This document shows, in pieces, positions 31,018 to 46,470 of a DNA stretch of 64,000 nt. Made by a program: the position numbers and the translations under genes. Positions within the stretch are counted from its first letter, which is position 1; the number at the start of each line of letters is the position of its first letter. The notes beneath the pieces are model-generated. The model did not search any database. It had not been told where the DNA came from and worked only from the letters and a program-made list of their open reading frames with translations. The stretch comes from Octopus vulgaris (taxonomy: Eukaryota), in the NCBI GenBank assembly GCA_951406725.2, contig OX597818.1:126852001-126916000 (forward strand), in the 5' to 3' direction.

Positions 31018-31052
31018 GTTTCCGACGAACAGCTCCGCTCGAAACGTTAAAC
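31018..31052 (+). ncRNA. Minimal type I hammerhead-like motif with variant core
   Basis: GTTT-CCGACGA-a-cAGC tcc GCTc-GAAA-CG-TT-AAAC: stem I GUUU/AAAC, palindromic ACGU stem III, U4C change in the core. Confidence 0.5.
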
Positions 31053-31149
31053 CCTCCTTCTTTCCTTCTTTTCTGAGCGTCCAATAATACTATATTTGTT
31101 CCACGTCCTCGCGTTGTTGTGTCTTTTTGTGCTTTCTTGTTTGGATTAA

Positions 31150-31244
<95 letters not shown>

Positions 31245-31474
31245 GTGTATGTGTGTGTGTGTTTGTGTTTGTGTCTCTTTGTGTGTAAGTGTGAATTAAT
31301 TTCTATGTAAATCAGGTGGGTTAAACTCTTAAGGCTGTTATTTGTATGCTATACTCCTGTACATTGCATATTATTTACACGTGGAACCTATGGGCAGCTT
31401 AACAATCCTACTATATTAAATATCTTGGTCAGTGGGTCTGGTATTCTACACATTGCTACCGTTATCACCGTCTG

Positions 31475-31496
<22 letters not shown>

Positions 31497-31505
<9 letters not shown>

Positions 31506-31545
31506 ATACCTGCCTACTTACATACATACATACATACATACATAC

Positions 31546-31576
<31 letters not shown>

Positions 31577-31902
31577 CATGCATACATACATAAATACATA
31601 CATACATACTTACATACATACATAAATACATACATACATACATACATATGTGCATACATACATACATATGTGCATACATACATACATACATACATACATA
31701 CATAAATGCATACATACTTACATACATACATAAATACATACATACATACGTGCATACATACATACATACATATGCGCATACATACATACATACATACATA
31801 CATACATACATACATACATACATTCATACATACATACATATGTGCATACATACATACATACATACATATGTGCATACATACATACATACATACATAAATA
31901 CA

Positions 31903-31933
<31 letters not shown>

Positions 31934-32161
31934 GTGCATACATACATACATACATACATTCATACATACATACATTCATACATACATACATTCATACATA
32001 CATACATACATACATACATACATTCATACATACATACATACATACATACATAAATACATACATACTTACATACATACATAAATACATACATACATACATA
32101 TGTGCATACATACATACATACATACATATGTGCATACATACATACATACATACATACATAC

Positions 32162-32192
<31 letters not shown>

Positions 32193-32265
32193 CATACATA
32201 CATACATACATACATACATAAATACTTATATACTCACATCCATCCATCTATCCATACATACATAT
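31497..32265. repeat. Long compound (TACA)n array with recurring variants
   Basis: Direct reading; the variants tgtgca, taaa, ctta and ttca recur. Confidence 0.95.
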
Positions 32266-32721
32266 CAGTAACATTCTTATCGGTAGAATGGTTGCATACT
32301 AATTACAAGAACCGAAGCGCATCGGTGACGGGAAATGAGCTACCGAAGTGTCGACTAGGAAGTGTCAGATTGTCAACGAATCAACTAGTGAACCGATCAA
32401 CCAGTCAACCTATGAGCATGGAAAGCCAGCGAGGCAGACTTAATTTTCAGTAATTATATTGCCATTAGTATTTTCAATAAGCGGCCAAACAATAATTTTT
32501 TATCAGACTAATAAAATATATTTTAAACATTGACTCAATTCAACAATAGTATTTTTATATGACGTCGAGGGTTGGGTCGGGTGTTTGTATTTGAATTTAG
32601 TAGCTATTGGAGTAGATTGCGTTAGTACGACGTGGGACATAAATTATGTATATTTACAAAAATAATAGCCAAAGGAGAAAAAACAACATAACAATTGAAA
32701 AAAATGACATAAACAGAAACA

Positions 32722-32765
<44 letters not shown>

Positions 32766-33073
32766 TATGAATAGCCACAAAAATAATATCTGAGCTAAAA
32801 AAATAATAATAACTAGAGAATAAACACACATTCATATAGAAATACATACACATATATAAACATACGAACTAATACAAGGAATATGAAGATACGATCAAAC
32901 ATAACTATCTGTGTGATATGCCTTAAGCTCAACATTTCAACAACCGACTACACGTTTTTTACGTCATCACTTCTCTGCCTCTCGTTCCTATCTACTTCTT
33001 TATTACAGCCTCTTCAATTTTTTACTCTCAATCCCTGTCTCTTAATCTATCTATCTATCTATCTATCTATTTA

Positions 33074-33107
<34 letters not shown>

Positions 33108-33110
33108 TTA

Positions 33111-33151
<41 letters not shown>

Positions 33152-33292
33152 AAATTCTCCCACTCTCTCACGATATATATGTATGTGAGTGTGAGCGTGT
33201 ATGTGTGCGTGTGTGCCTGTGCAGGTGTGCGTGTGTACACACATACAAATATGCATAAATACACATACATACATACACACAAATATAATATA

Positions 33293-33325
<33 letters not shown>

Positions 33326-33908
33326 TGTATGTATGTATGTATGTATGTACGTACGTATGTATGTATGTATGTACGTATGTATGTATGTATGTATGTATGT
33401 ATGTATGTATGTATGTATGTATGTATGTATGTATGTGTGTGTGTATGTATTCATTCAGTCATTCCATTTATGGAGTATTTCTTAACGTCTTTTGTCATTT
33501 AAATTTCAAAAACCATTCTGTCATTTCGTCTTTGTTTCAAAAAGATACCTCATGTTGATTTTTGGTCTTAGAAAGAAAAGAAATCATTAAAGACTACCAT
33601 TAGATCAAACTTAGTGTTATTCTTGCTGGTGTCGCTGCTGTTCATGTTGTTGCTGTTGTTGTTGCTGCTGTTTTTTGTATATGCATTTTTTTTTGTTTTG
33701 TTTGGTCGGTGTTACAGTTCAAGTTGCAATTTTCGATTTGTTGTGTATTCTTGATTGATTTTGCGTGTTTATTTGTCTTTCTCTTTGATTCTTTATGATT
33801 TTTTTTCTTTCTTTCTGTGAATGAATTTTTCACTGTTAGCTTTAGCTTAATTGATTCTATTAACGAGATTTCTGTTAAACTTCGCTGTGTGGGTTTTCTT
33901 TACGGTTA

Positions 33909-34257
33909 GTTCTTCTTCTTCTTCTTTTTTTTCTTCTTCTTCTTCTTCTTCTTCTTCTTCTCCTTCTCCTTCTTCTTTTTCTTCTTCTTCTTCTCCTTCC
34001 TCTTCTTCTTCCCCCTTCTCCTTCTCCTTCTTCTTTTTCTTCTTCTTCTTCTCCTTCCTCTTCTTCTTCCCCCTTCTCCTTCTTCATCTTCTTCTCCTTC
34101 TCCTTCTCCTTCTTCATCTTCATCTTTTTCTTCTTCTTCTTCTTCTTCTTCTTCTTCTTCTTCTTCCACCACCACCACCACTACTACTACTACCACCACC
34201 GCTACTACTGCTACTACTACTACTACAACTAATACTACTACTACTACTACTACTACT
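33909..34257. repeat. Compound (TTC)n/(CAC)n/(TAC)n trinucleotide tract
   Basis: Direct reading. Confidence 0.95.
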
Positions 34258-34671
34258 TGTACTCTTTTTACTTTTTAGGAGTCATAATAAGTAGGAGGAT
34301 GCACATGTTTACATTTTAGAGAGATCTATATAAGTAATATATGTGTGTTTGTGCGCGCTCGCGTATGTGTGTGTGTGTGTGTGTGTGTATTTTCTATCGA
34401 AGTTCACATGAGATGTGGGCGTTTTTCCGTCTAATTATTACCTATCATTTTATAAAATGAAAGACATTCTTGCTCTGTTAGCACCTGTTAAATCTGATGC
34501 TAATGCGGACTAGCGAAATTTGAACTAGAATTGACATTGAACGAAAATCACAGAGTTGATATTTAGATACTTATGTAGGTCCTGACGCTGTTAAGAATCG
34601 TGTAGTTTTTCAGTGTATAATTGACATAGCTTTTATATTTCGTCTTCATCGTCCTAATATCTTCATGTCGT

Positions 34672-34899
34672 AGGTGGCGAACTGGCAGACACGTTAGCGC
34701 GCCGGGCGAAATGCTTAGCAGTATTTCGTCTGTCATTACGTTTTGAGTTCAAATTCCGCCGAGGTTGACTTTACCTTTCATCCTTTCAGGGTCGATAAAT
34801 AAAGTACCAGGTACGCACTGGGGTCGATGTAATCGACTTAATCCGTTTGTCTGTCCTTGTTTGTCCCCTCTATGTTTAGCCCTTTGTGGGCAATAAAGA
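34672..34899 (+). mobile_element. SINE family B with TSD
   Basis: TSD aatatcttcatgtcgt at 34656-34671 and 34900-34915. Confidence 0.92.
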
Positions 34900-36713
34900 A
34901 ATATCTTCATGTCGTGCTTCATTTTGTGCTTTTTTAGTTATCACTATCCCCAAATAAATCAATGTGGTTGGTGCAGCCCTCTTTATAAACAAAGTCGCTC
35001 TGAGCTGTATCTGTGTAAGGATAATTATCAGATGAACTGTTGAGGTTGGTAGAGATAACTTCAGCTTCGTACACTAGCGCCTCAGCTTTACAAGACTGGT
35101 TGCGCAGGTATGCATCGGAGTCTGTACATACTTCGCGCTTCTGTGGGACTCGTTGATTTGTGTATCATAATATTCTTTATGTCGGTGCACAACGATAATT
35201 TTCTTCAAAACAGCGTTTGTTTAAAATATTTCTGTAACGGTGATGTGTGGAGAAATTTTTATGTTACTGCTTGGAAATATTGACAATGTTAGTCATTGCG
35301 TTTCAAAATGATGCTGTGGCGCATATTCTTAGTTCGATGTGATAGTAGCAAGATATACAATACCATTTTGTTTCTGAAGTTGCATCTCCTTATAGCTATG
35401 TATATTAACATCAGATCGTAAATATATGTTTCAGAAAGGATGCTTTACTTCGTGGCTACTAGCTAAGTGTGAAATATTTTACGTAGAGTATTCATGAAAA
35501 GATGATTTTATACATTAAAAGTCTAGAGAATGATTGTATACATTAAAAAGTCTAGAGAGTGACAATGTGTAGCAGCATTGAAACTATATCGAAAGTATAT
35601 TTTCTTCTTTCTTGAAAAGGAATTATCAGCAATGTTTAGAATTTTTTCCTCCTATATCGAAACATTTTGCCTCCTAAAGTGTTGTACGTAGCACTAAATG
35701 TAGAGTGACAATGGAGCGAATCATTAGCTATTAACGAATAGCTAAACTCTATATATTTCGAATAATTCAATCCTCTACTTTCTTATGCATTCAAGCACAT
35801 AGGTGTCAATGAGGCTAGCCCTTATCCAGATTTGTAAGGCGCAGAAGGGTCTGAGAATGCATGGTCTCATCGGAGCCTTTAGCGGAACCCTTGCTTACCA
35901 CTGGTACACAATTTTCTGGTGCGACATGAAATGAAGTGCCCTACTAAAAGATATCACGAACCACCCGGTCCAGTATTGGAACAGACCACATAACTGCCGT
36001 AATTCCAATTATCTGAGAAATAAACCAGACGCTTTGTCCTATACATAGATACATACACATACATAATTTACATAATAATTGATTTCGTGAGCATATACGC
36101 ACTCTCACCTGAAACACAAATCACTCGTCTTTCATTTTGCGTTTAGCTTTCGCCATTACATATACAAATTGACAGACGCAAATCTGAACAAATATGTACC
36201 TCATACACACAAAAATACAAATACTGACATAAACAACTAAACAAACAGAAAATTATATACTGGCATGCACACAGAGAACTATAATTTAATATAATGTAAT
36301 GTAATATTATTATACACAGTTTTATGGACACGTACATAACCACATAGATATATATAAATATATATTCACATTCGGAACTAAACATTCACAAGCATATAGA
36401 AACACACACAAACACACACGTACATATATTTATGTTTGTGATAAACATGTGCGCGCCCGCGTATATACCTATATCTATTCATATCGGGAATGTAACTGAC
36501 TCACGCATACAGGGATAATTGCTTATATATATATATATATATATATATATCTATATCTGCTTAAATGATTTACACTATGAAAATAATCACATCGTGCGTG
36601 GGCATACACGCACACACAAACGCGTGATATAAAATACATATATACACTCATCTACATACGCATATCATACATATATACATGTATATAGTCATATCTATGT
36701 CTGTATCCATCTA

Positions 36714-36745
<32 letters not shown>

Positions 36746-37227
36746 TGAGCAATATAATGAGTTACTGAGTTCTAGATCGATGGTAGAAGAAAAGAGAGAT
36801 GCTACATCAATATCACACAAAATAAGTATTATATTAATGATAACTATCAATTATCAAGCCGACAATATCGTAATGAAAGGGAAAATAAAGCTGTTTTAGA
36901 TTAGGGCTACATTTTAATTTAAGAACAGCTAATAAATGTTTACTGTTGAACTATTATCGTGCGAGAACTGTATGTATATATTGCGTTAATGTAACATCTG
37001 ATTGCACTTTATTGTTGCCATTTTGATATTTTCCTTATTCTCATTGGCGGATAAGTGGAACAGATGGAGTGCTTGCTGAAAGGTCTTTTCGTACTTAATT
37101 AACTACGCTTACGATCTAAGTTCGAACAATCTCGATAAACTTTACCTTTCATTCTTCTGTAGCTCGTAAAATAAAATAAAATAAAGTCGATATCATCGTC
37201 TATAAACCTATTCCTCATAATGGAATT

Positions 37228-37276
<49 letters not shown>

Positions 37277-37299
37277 TAGAAAAAAAACCCTTTTATCAA

Positions 37300-37369
<70 letters not shown>

Positions 37370-37829
37370 AATATGTATGTGTGTATATATATATATATTC
37401 ATAAATTGTTCCGTTGTTGGTGGGATCTACATATTTATATTTCACTGTACTATTTCTAGTGAAATATAAATATCTCTTAATATGCACAGGTTTTTAATTT
37501 GAACTGTTATTAGTTTCATGTTTTGTATAAATGATGATCGGGCGACCTTGTATGACCAACCCTGTGTTCCCAAGCAAGCTTTCAGACTCAAATATAAAAC
37601 GGCTCAGCTTTTTGGAAACAAAACGAGAAAGGAAGTTGGTCTTTGAAAAAAACAAAAAACAAAAAAAGAAACAGAAAGTATACTGGTTATTGATGAAAGA
37701 CAAGGAAGGACGAGAAGGAAGTAAAAGTAAAAAAATGTTGAACGAGAAAGAAGAAAAACGAATATTGTGAGTTGCGTCCCTTCTGCCCGTTCGAATCAAA
37801 ATTAATACTGTTGGTTAAATTACTACCTT

Positions 37830-38090
37830 GCCATCTTGCCTAGTTTTGGGCGTCCTCCTTTTTCAAACCGACCCTCCTAATTTCCTCCTCCACCTTTTCT
37901 TCGGTCTACCTCGTTTTCGCGCTCCATTTACCTCAAATGCAATCACCATCCTCTGACCATGCTCTTCATCCCTCCTCAATGCATACCCATACCACCTCAC
38001 TCCACTCACCCTTGCCAACAATTCCACCAATTCCTCCAACACCGGCATTCCCATCAAATCCTCAGTCCCCCCTCTTATCAAACAGCTTTG
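37830..38090 (-). mobile_element. RTE-clade LINE 3' fragment
   Basis: VRWYGYALRRDEEHGQRMVIAFEVNGARKRGRPKKRW matches the RTE C-terminal RW.GH..R....G.R.RGRP...W motif. Confidence 0.8.
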
Positions 38091-38829
38091 GTTAAATTAG
38101 CTAGCCATATCGGGAAACCGAAAGCCAACTATACACCACATACAGTCAAGTGGACTGTATCCACGCCAAATGTTAACTGATCAAAGAGATGCCGGCTTTG
38201 TTCAAGCAAAAGACCTCATATCTTCTTTAGATATAAGACCTCAACTGACCTACTAAGTTCTAAGTCTGAAATCAGTTATTAAATGTAAGCATCTGGACAA
38301 ATTTCTTTTATTAAACTGGAAAAGTTCCAACTTCTCCGGATCAACCATGCAGTGTCATAAGTTTTGAACGTCAACCTTATATATACTTCTATGTATATGC
38401 ATGCATGCATGTATTCATACTTACATACATACGCAGGCACGCACACACGCACAGACGCGCGCACACACATATATATCGACGGAGTTGTCAGAACGTCGGA
38501 TACATTGCTTTGTGATAAAAGTTTCAGAATTTAACATTGCCTCTCATTCATTCGGACTCATGTCTTGCATTGATTGTACTCTTTCTTTATCACTTTGTCT
38601 TTTTGAAAAAAAATTGGTTATTTTCAGACCTGATGAGAGATCGTCCCTAATAGGTTTTAAAATAGGGCCCCAAACTAACTGTAAGCTACCAAGGCTCTCC
38701 TACGTCTCCACGAAGATTTGAAAATTCAGTATAAGAGGGAATACTGTGAGCACAAATTTAAATCTATATTTGTTATGATCATCATAATGCAACATCCTCT
38801 AAACTCTTCAAGCCTATATACCAATAATT

Positions 38830-39212
38830 GGATGGAAGCACTCCATCGGTTACGACGAGGGTTCCGGTTGATCCGATCAACGGAACAGCCTGCTCGTGAA
38901 ATTAACGTGTAAGTGACTGAGCACTCCACAGACACGTGCACCCTTAACGTAGTTCTCGGGGATATTCAGCGTGACACAGAGAGTGACAAGGCCGGCCCCA
39001 TGAAATACAGGTACAACAGAAACAGGAAGTAAGAGTGAGAGAAAGTTGTGGTGGAAGAGTACAGCAGGGATCACCACCATCCCTGCCGGAGCCTCGTGGA
39101 GCTTTAGGTGTTTTCGCTCAATAAACACTCACAACGCCCGGTCTGGGAATCGAAACCGCGATCCCACGACCGCGAGTCCGCTGCCTTAACCACTGGGCCA
39201 TTGCGCCTCCAC
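38830..39212 (-). mobile_element. SINE family A with TSD
   Basis: TSD tataccaataatt at 38817-38829 and 39213-39225. Confidence 0.93.
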
Positions 39213-40558
39213 TATACCAATAATTAGCGAGCCAATGAATGAGCATTTCGTAGTCTTCCAACCTGCTAGAACTAACAGCTAAATTAATCTCAAGTCACTT
39301 ATTCACGATCTGAAGAAGAGGAGTCACAGGTGGAATTCTTTTGATCTGAGATCTTTCCTGTTAAGTCTGAACTCGACTACCCAATAATATAAATTATAAC
39401 AAAAATAGATAATTTTGTAAATATGTAAACATCCTTAATCCAGTGAACTGGGGCATGGAGAACACAGTTATCGTTCCTTGAAGAGAAGCATGAATATTCA
39501 TGTCAACCATCTACAAATAAGTGAATCTTTTGGTCGTATAAGAAATTAGTATTTGATTTGTCCTCGAGTGACGCTGTTTTAAAATTGTTAATTTATGGCC
39601 TTAAAATATTTGGATTTGATTCATTGTCTTATCATTCATGTTTCGCGTTCAACTCCCACTAATGTTAACTTCGAACTTCTTTCCCCCGGTGTCTCATAAA
39701 ATATGTTTCTGCAATACATATGTACCTCTAAGTGGTCACAGCACTTGTAAGAAATCGTAGTTGAACCTCGTTCAAATTACCTTATCGTACTAGAAAGTTA
39801 TACTTTGGATAGTGTGGCCCTAGATGGGCTGTACTTTGGAAGAGAGATAGGGTGCTCAGAAATGGAATGTTTTAAGGCCGATAAGGCCGATATGAGACTA
39901 AACAATAAGAATTTGTATAATATGCACTAGTTTTCTACTTGTTCTTCTTGTGTATCGACAAGTGAGCCCTGGTGTTGCTAGTTTATTATCTAACACGTCG
40001 TGAAACAACGCAGACATTCCTATTTGAGCCAGCTATCACCAAAAGGAGAGGATGGTCGCAAATGGAATACTTTTGATGACATGCTTGCTCGATAAGAGCC
40101 GACCTTGGGCTGAACAGCAACAACAACGAGAGCGATAACAAAAACATGTTGGAGACACTGCTTCGCAATTATCGGTAAAATTCGATGACGAAATACGATA
40201 GTGCAGGTTTAAAATCAAATGTTAAGAAACAAGAGAAGTGAAACGAAACAAATTCGCTGAAAAATATAACCAAAACTGAAAAAAAAATATAAGGATGAAG
40301 GGAATAGCAAGGAAAACATAAAAAATATTTAGAGGTTGGTGGCACCAAATTCCGATAATTTACACAAATATTAACGTCATTGATTTTGTTCAAAAATTGA
40401 ATCAACATTTTGAAGATTTAGAAGACATGATATAACGTTTCAAATGATATTTTCTAATCGTTTCTCTTTCTATCCGCTCTTCTTTACTATGCCATTAGAG
40501 TAAACACTAACACACGCGCACACACAAACACATACACACACACATATATATGTATATA

Positions 40559-40615
<57 letters not shown>

Positions 40616-40619
40616 GTAT

Positions 40620-40700
<81 letters not shown>

Positions 40701-40708
40701 CACACATA

Positions 40709-40745
<37 letters not shown>

Positions 40746-40869
40746 CTATATGTGCATCATACATAATATATGTTTATCGCGCAAGGCAAATTTACTGCAG
40801 TATCCTTCCTAGATAATTACTTTTACGTTGTGTGTATACACACACACATACAAAAACACAGACATATGT

Positions 40870-40925
<56 letters not shown>

Positions 40926-41065
40926 TGTAAACGTAGTGAAAGTTTTTAGTGTTTATTGTTAGCTGAAATCTTCATGTAATTGCAAGTTTCACATTTATAA
41001 AATTCATCTGGAGAACGGAAGTATGAAATTCAGAGAAACATTTAGTGAAATTTGCAGTATAGAAC

Positions 41066-41134
<69 letters not shown>

Positions 41135-41289
41135 GTTGTAGAGTCTTCTAATTTGTGGCGTCTATCGTTTTTAATGCTATTTATTCTCAATATTTCCTAT
41201 TTACATATTTCCCTCCTTTCTGCAAGTTTCATTTTTCTCATTTAAATATGTGTCTCTGTGTGTACGTTTATGCGTGCATGCGTGCGTGT

Positions 41290-41331
<42 letters not shown>

Positions 41332-41424
41332 GTGTGTGTGTGTGTGTGCGTGCGTATCGTCAGAAGTTCACATATCCGACAAAGAAGCACACTTATGCGG
41401 TGTTTGTGTGTATTCTTTTATTAT

Positions 41425-41683
41425 TATATCTGTTTCAGTCATTTGACTGCGGCCATACTAGAGCACTGCCTTAGAGGGTGTTTTTAGTTGAAGAAATCGA
41501 CCCCAGGACTTATTCCCAGGAAGCCTAGTGCTTATTTTATCGGTCTCTTTTGCCGAACTGCTAACCTACGGGTACGTATACACACCAGCATCGGTTGTCA
41601 AGTGATGGTGGAGGGAGGTGGGGACAAACACAGAAACATACGTGCATAAACACACACACACGCACACACACACACATACACAA

Positions 41684-41739
<56 letters not shown>

Positions 41740-41878
41740 AGACAGTTCTTTCAGTTTCCTCTCACAAGGTTTGGTCGGCATGAGCCTAGAGTAGAAGAGA
41801 CTTGTTCAAGGTGTCACTCACTAAGACTGAACCCGGAAACATGTGGTTGGAAACCAGGTTTCTTATCACACAGCCACC
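41425..41878 (-). mobile_element. SINE family C
   Basis: Colinear with 24365-24847, including the internal microsatellite. Confidence 0.85.
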
Positions 41879-42272
41879 ATATATATATATATATATATAT
41901 ATACGACGAGCTTCTTTCAATTTCTGTATTGTCTATTCGATATATTTTGAAATTTTGTTCGACACGGTACATTTAACTTTGTTAGGCTCATATCTTTCCC
42001 AACGATACTTTGGCAAGGTATTTGCTTCGACTCTGAATTGAAATCGTATCGCAAACTTTACAGCGCGTACCTAGCTACATGGACACAGTATTTACGTGTA
42101 TACATGCAAATATACACATGGTACGCTCACACGTATAAACACCAACATATTGCTCTGTTTCACGGAGATAACAGTATTCGTACGTGTAACTTGCACGAAC
42201 GGACATTCTCCTATGCAATCTCTATCTTCCCTTTTTACTCACTTTCCTACGCTCTCTCTTTCTCTCCCACTT

Positions 42273-42314
<42 letters not shown>

Positions 42315-42536
42315 AAATACATACATATCGTATATCTAGCTGGCATTTTTGATCAATCTATTTACAATTTTTCCCTTATTTCTTAAAATTTTACCCTTTA
42401 CTTCGCATTCGGTTACGCTATCATTAGTTATCTTTCCATCTACTTGTTTTTGTTTTTATCTTCTTCTTCCGCTCTTGTCGTGGCAATATTTAAGGTTTTC
42501 ACTCTTTGGAATTCACATAAATACACATTCCCCCTC

Positions 42537-42591
<55 letters not shown>

Positions 42592-45254
42592 CTACTATCT
42601 TTGTCCATCCCAGTTTCCCATATAATGCATAATTTTCTGACTTCTTCCATTTTCCTCAATGCTCTCTCCTTCGCAGTCGTCTTCATCATCTCCCCCTCTG
42701 TCGCTTTCTATCTTTCTTTGTCAACTCCTCTGTATCACCATTCTATCGTTTACTCATTCGTTCATTATCTTTCTCTCACTCTCCATTTATCTAATCTGAT
42801 CCTTTTTTTGAGGAGGAAGTCATAAATTTAAGTAAAATATTCTGTTTTCAAATGGAAACATGACATAAAATTGATTATCCAGAACTAACAAATAAACAAA
42901 TAAACAGCGATGTTTATGTATGTCTAAAATAAATCTCTAATGGTATAATTCATTAAGTTTTATGTTTCTCTTTTTATTTCACATTGCAGTCGATAGAAGC
43001 TTAAACTCTTACGCGAACATTTCAGAGAAGAGTTTAACCCTCGCGTGTTCTAAAGGCGACTCGGTTTCAATTTCGAAGTTGGAATCGTTTAATTTCTCTT
43101 TCGCAACAAACACTCTCTATAACGCATAAATACATTTGATCTAACTTTCTAGGACAATTGCACGGCCTGCTCTTTAGCTTTGGTTTCATGAGATTTATAG
43201 ATAGGCAAGATGTAATACTTGCATTCTTGCCAGGAAAATACGACAGTTTGTGGCATGTATGGTCTCCGCGTGATCCGGCATTTATTCCTCTCAGCTAGAT
43301 GAACTGATGCAGTGGAGAAATAGTGTCTGTCGTTTCCAAAAATGTAAAGACGATAATCCTCGCCAGGAATGAATGATTTAATCCACCATGGCTATTAGTC
43401 TCATATGCCAAAAGGATTCACATGCAGAGCCCCCTTACATCAAGGGAAAGAAAATAACTATAAATCTGAGATATGCAGCCATGTCAGGAGTTGCAAAGAA
43501 AGTCAACAATGATAAATTCAAAACGTTTAAATACCCTATTTCCGCCTTGTAAGCCTGATGAATTGTCGTTGATATTTTGTTGTGTTGTGTTTATCTACCC
43601 TTCTAATGTGGTAGTGTGTCTTGTCAAATCAGAGTGTTTTACTTATTCTCCACACACCAGTGTAGTGTTGTCGGTTTAGACGCCGTTGGACCGACCATGA
43701 AACAAGCAGAAGTTTACATGGTTGCGACTAACACATAAATTTCGATGTTATTTTATTCAGAATAAAACTCCAGAAACAGATTTTAACACATGATCTACAA
43801 AAGTAGTGAAAAGGTTATCTTCACTCAGCTGCCTGTTTCTATCTAAGTTTATTCAAGAAGTAGATCATATGCCTCTCCAACGTTTGCTGTGTAATGATTT
43901 GACGTCAGTACAGCAAATAGACGCAATACTAGATTATTTTACTGTGCACTTGTTGCTTTCAGTGGAGATTTAGAACAGATAGCTTCACGAAAAGTGAGCC
44001 AAAAGAATTATAGAAAATAGAACGCAGTATGTAGATTAATATATTTTCTATACACATAAAAACTAATTTCGTCTTAGTGTGAAAGACGTCTTTGTGTATT
44101 CTTTTACATCTAGGTAAGAGATGCAGTTGTCTACTGAGTATTGTACAGTTCTGTATATTTAATTTAGTTATTCAATTGATGACATTTTGGTAGGTGTAAC
44201 AAGTTAATAATTCCATTGACAATATCAACGGAAGTGAATAGTCTATAATTATCTCCAATGTTTTCCGTTGAAAAAAATATGAAACATAAAATATTATTTA
44301 TATTTTTTCCTGTAATTTTTTTCCATTTTTTGTTATGTTCCTAACTATAAAAATGCTTTAGTTCACAGTAACAACGTTGTTCTATAGGTTAACAAATATA
44401 CAATTTACCAACTTTATTAAACAATAACTTCACGGTAGATTTAACGAGATTATATTGCCTCTGTAAATGTTAGATGAATGTGAAACATCCGAAATTATTT
44501 CCCGTACTTACAAATGAAATAAAAATATATTAATCACTACCGGAAATGTCTTTTCCTCCAAATATTTGATTTTTTAAAAGTATTTTAATGCTTCAAGAGT
44601 TAAGGAACTTGACCACAGACACAGAACAGCGATAACGGTAGCATACACACCACCGGATCTTCCACTAGGGGTCTTTAATATTCTTGATTTTGGGTAGCTG
44701 TAATTCTCTGAGACATTGTTGCACAATATCTCTACATATACCTCTGCCAACTACTGTGAATTGAAGTCAGTTAGAAAACCGGTGTCCCTTGCCTGTCCTT
44801 CTTTTAACATTTATAAACAATTATTATATACACTCTTTCTGTGAAATCATTAAAATAATGATCTTTAATTTTCATGACTTAAGAGGAATTCTTTAATTTT
44901 TGCTTGTATTATATTCCGAAGAATTGTAAAGTACCGATAATTTCTTCAAAAGAGAATGCATCCATCAGAAATTGAAACAGCAGAGATATTTTTGTAAAGG
45001 TAAGTTCTGAACTTGCGTATTGATTTCATTTACTGTCTAAGCCAATTAGTTTGTTTTATGCAGTAATGTAATGCTCTTTTGATGCTTAAATAAACGCATT
45101 TCACTTCTTACATTAAGTGAGTTTTAGTCTAAGTACAAAACATTTTTAATATGGAAGGTCGGAACAGCAAACGACATAAAAATCAAGTTTGTGAACCAAC
45201 GATTAAAGTTCATTGGTGAAGGTTAAGATGAAGTGTATTATATATTATACATGG

Positions 45255-45311
<57 letters not shown>

Positions 45312-46084
45312 AAGAGATGCTGTTGAAGATGACGACTTGTACGCCGCTGATGTACAGAAGCAAGATATGGAAGGATAGACCGAATCTTAAAGTACACAAG
45401 AGTCGATAGAGTACAGATCAAAAACAACTCCAGCTCCCCATGTCACGACGGTGAGATGTTACAACAAGCCACTATTCCAAATGGCAGAAAATATATAGAG
45501 TTTATATGTGTTTTGATGGAAAGTTTCTATGCAAGACACCGCCAAACGTTTTGTTAACTGCAATCTAATAAAATTGAGAAACAGGTTTCATAATGATATA
45601 TATTTCAAAAATATTTTACACCTTCAGAAAAGTGAAGGGGCTGAAATAGAGTAAGAAAAATATAAGAATATACATAATTACCAGTTGATAAACCACTATT
45701 TCCTTTACGCTAAATCACACGCCCCCATGTTTGCAGGATTGGCAAAATGATAAGAATAAAATGTTCTATGGCATATCAATGATTATTGTTATTGTAACAT
45801 GATCGTAAACTATTAAACTTCATCGTAAACTACTCTATTGTATCACATCTCTTGCAATAATGTCCTGCATTCCCTCCCAAGATCTTTCTTGATAGAAAGC
45901 GTTATAGAAAACAATACCGTTTCTTATGCCAGAATATAAAACATTTATTGCAAGTAAGAGATATCAATCATCTTAAATGACAATGATTAAAGGCTAAGCT
46001 TCAACTAAAAATCCTAAAGCTTGATCGTGGCATTTTCCTTTTCTCTACGCCGTGTGTTACAACCCTTAGACCAATGTAGATATA

Positions 46085-46470
46085 TGGAAGCACTCCGTCG
46101 GTTACGACGACGAGGGTTCCGGTTGATCCGAATCAACGGAACAGCCTGCTCGTGAAATTAACGTGTAAGTGGCTGAGCACTCCACAGACACGTGTACCCT
46201 TAACGTAGTTCTCGGGGATATTCAGCGTGACACAGAGAGTGACAAGGCCGGCCCTTTGAAATACAGGTACAACAGAAACAGGAAGTAAGAGTGAGAGAAA
46301 GTTGTGGTGAAAGAGTACAGCAGGGATCACCACCATCCCCTGCCAGAGCCTCATGGAGCTTTTAGGTGTTTTCGCTCAATAAACACTCACAACGCCCGGT
46401 CTGGGAATCGAAACCGCGATCCTATGACCGCGAGTCCGCTGCCCTAACCACTGGGCCATTGCGCCTCCAC
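46085..46470 (-). mobile_element. SINE family A with TSD
   Basis: TSD aatgtagatata at 46073-46084 and 46471-46482. Confidence 0.93.

Noticed and set aside
34984-35113. Plus-strand TATAAA followed by cag|gtatgc as a possible first exon
   Set aside because: No downstream plus-strand coding exon was found, and such motifs are frequent by chance in AT-rich DNA.
37531-37770. Lys-rich plus-strand ORF ending near gtgagt
   Set aside because: Low-complexity A-rich sequence next to an RTE fragment, with no recognisable domain.
38630-38660. CTGATGAG hammerhead-like core (similar partial cases at ~10538 and ~18350)
   Set aside because: At 38630 and ~10538 there is no correctly placed stem II plus GAAA; at ~18350 the CUGA core is missing.
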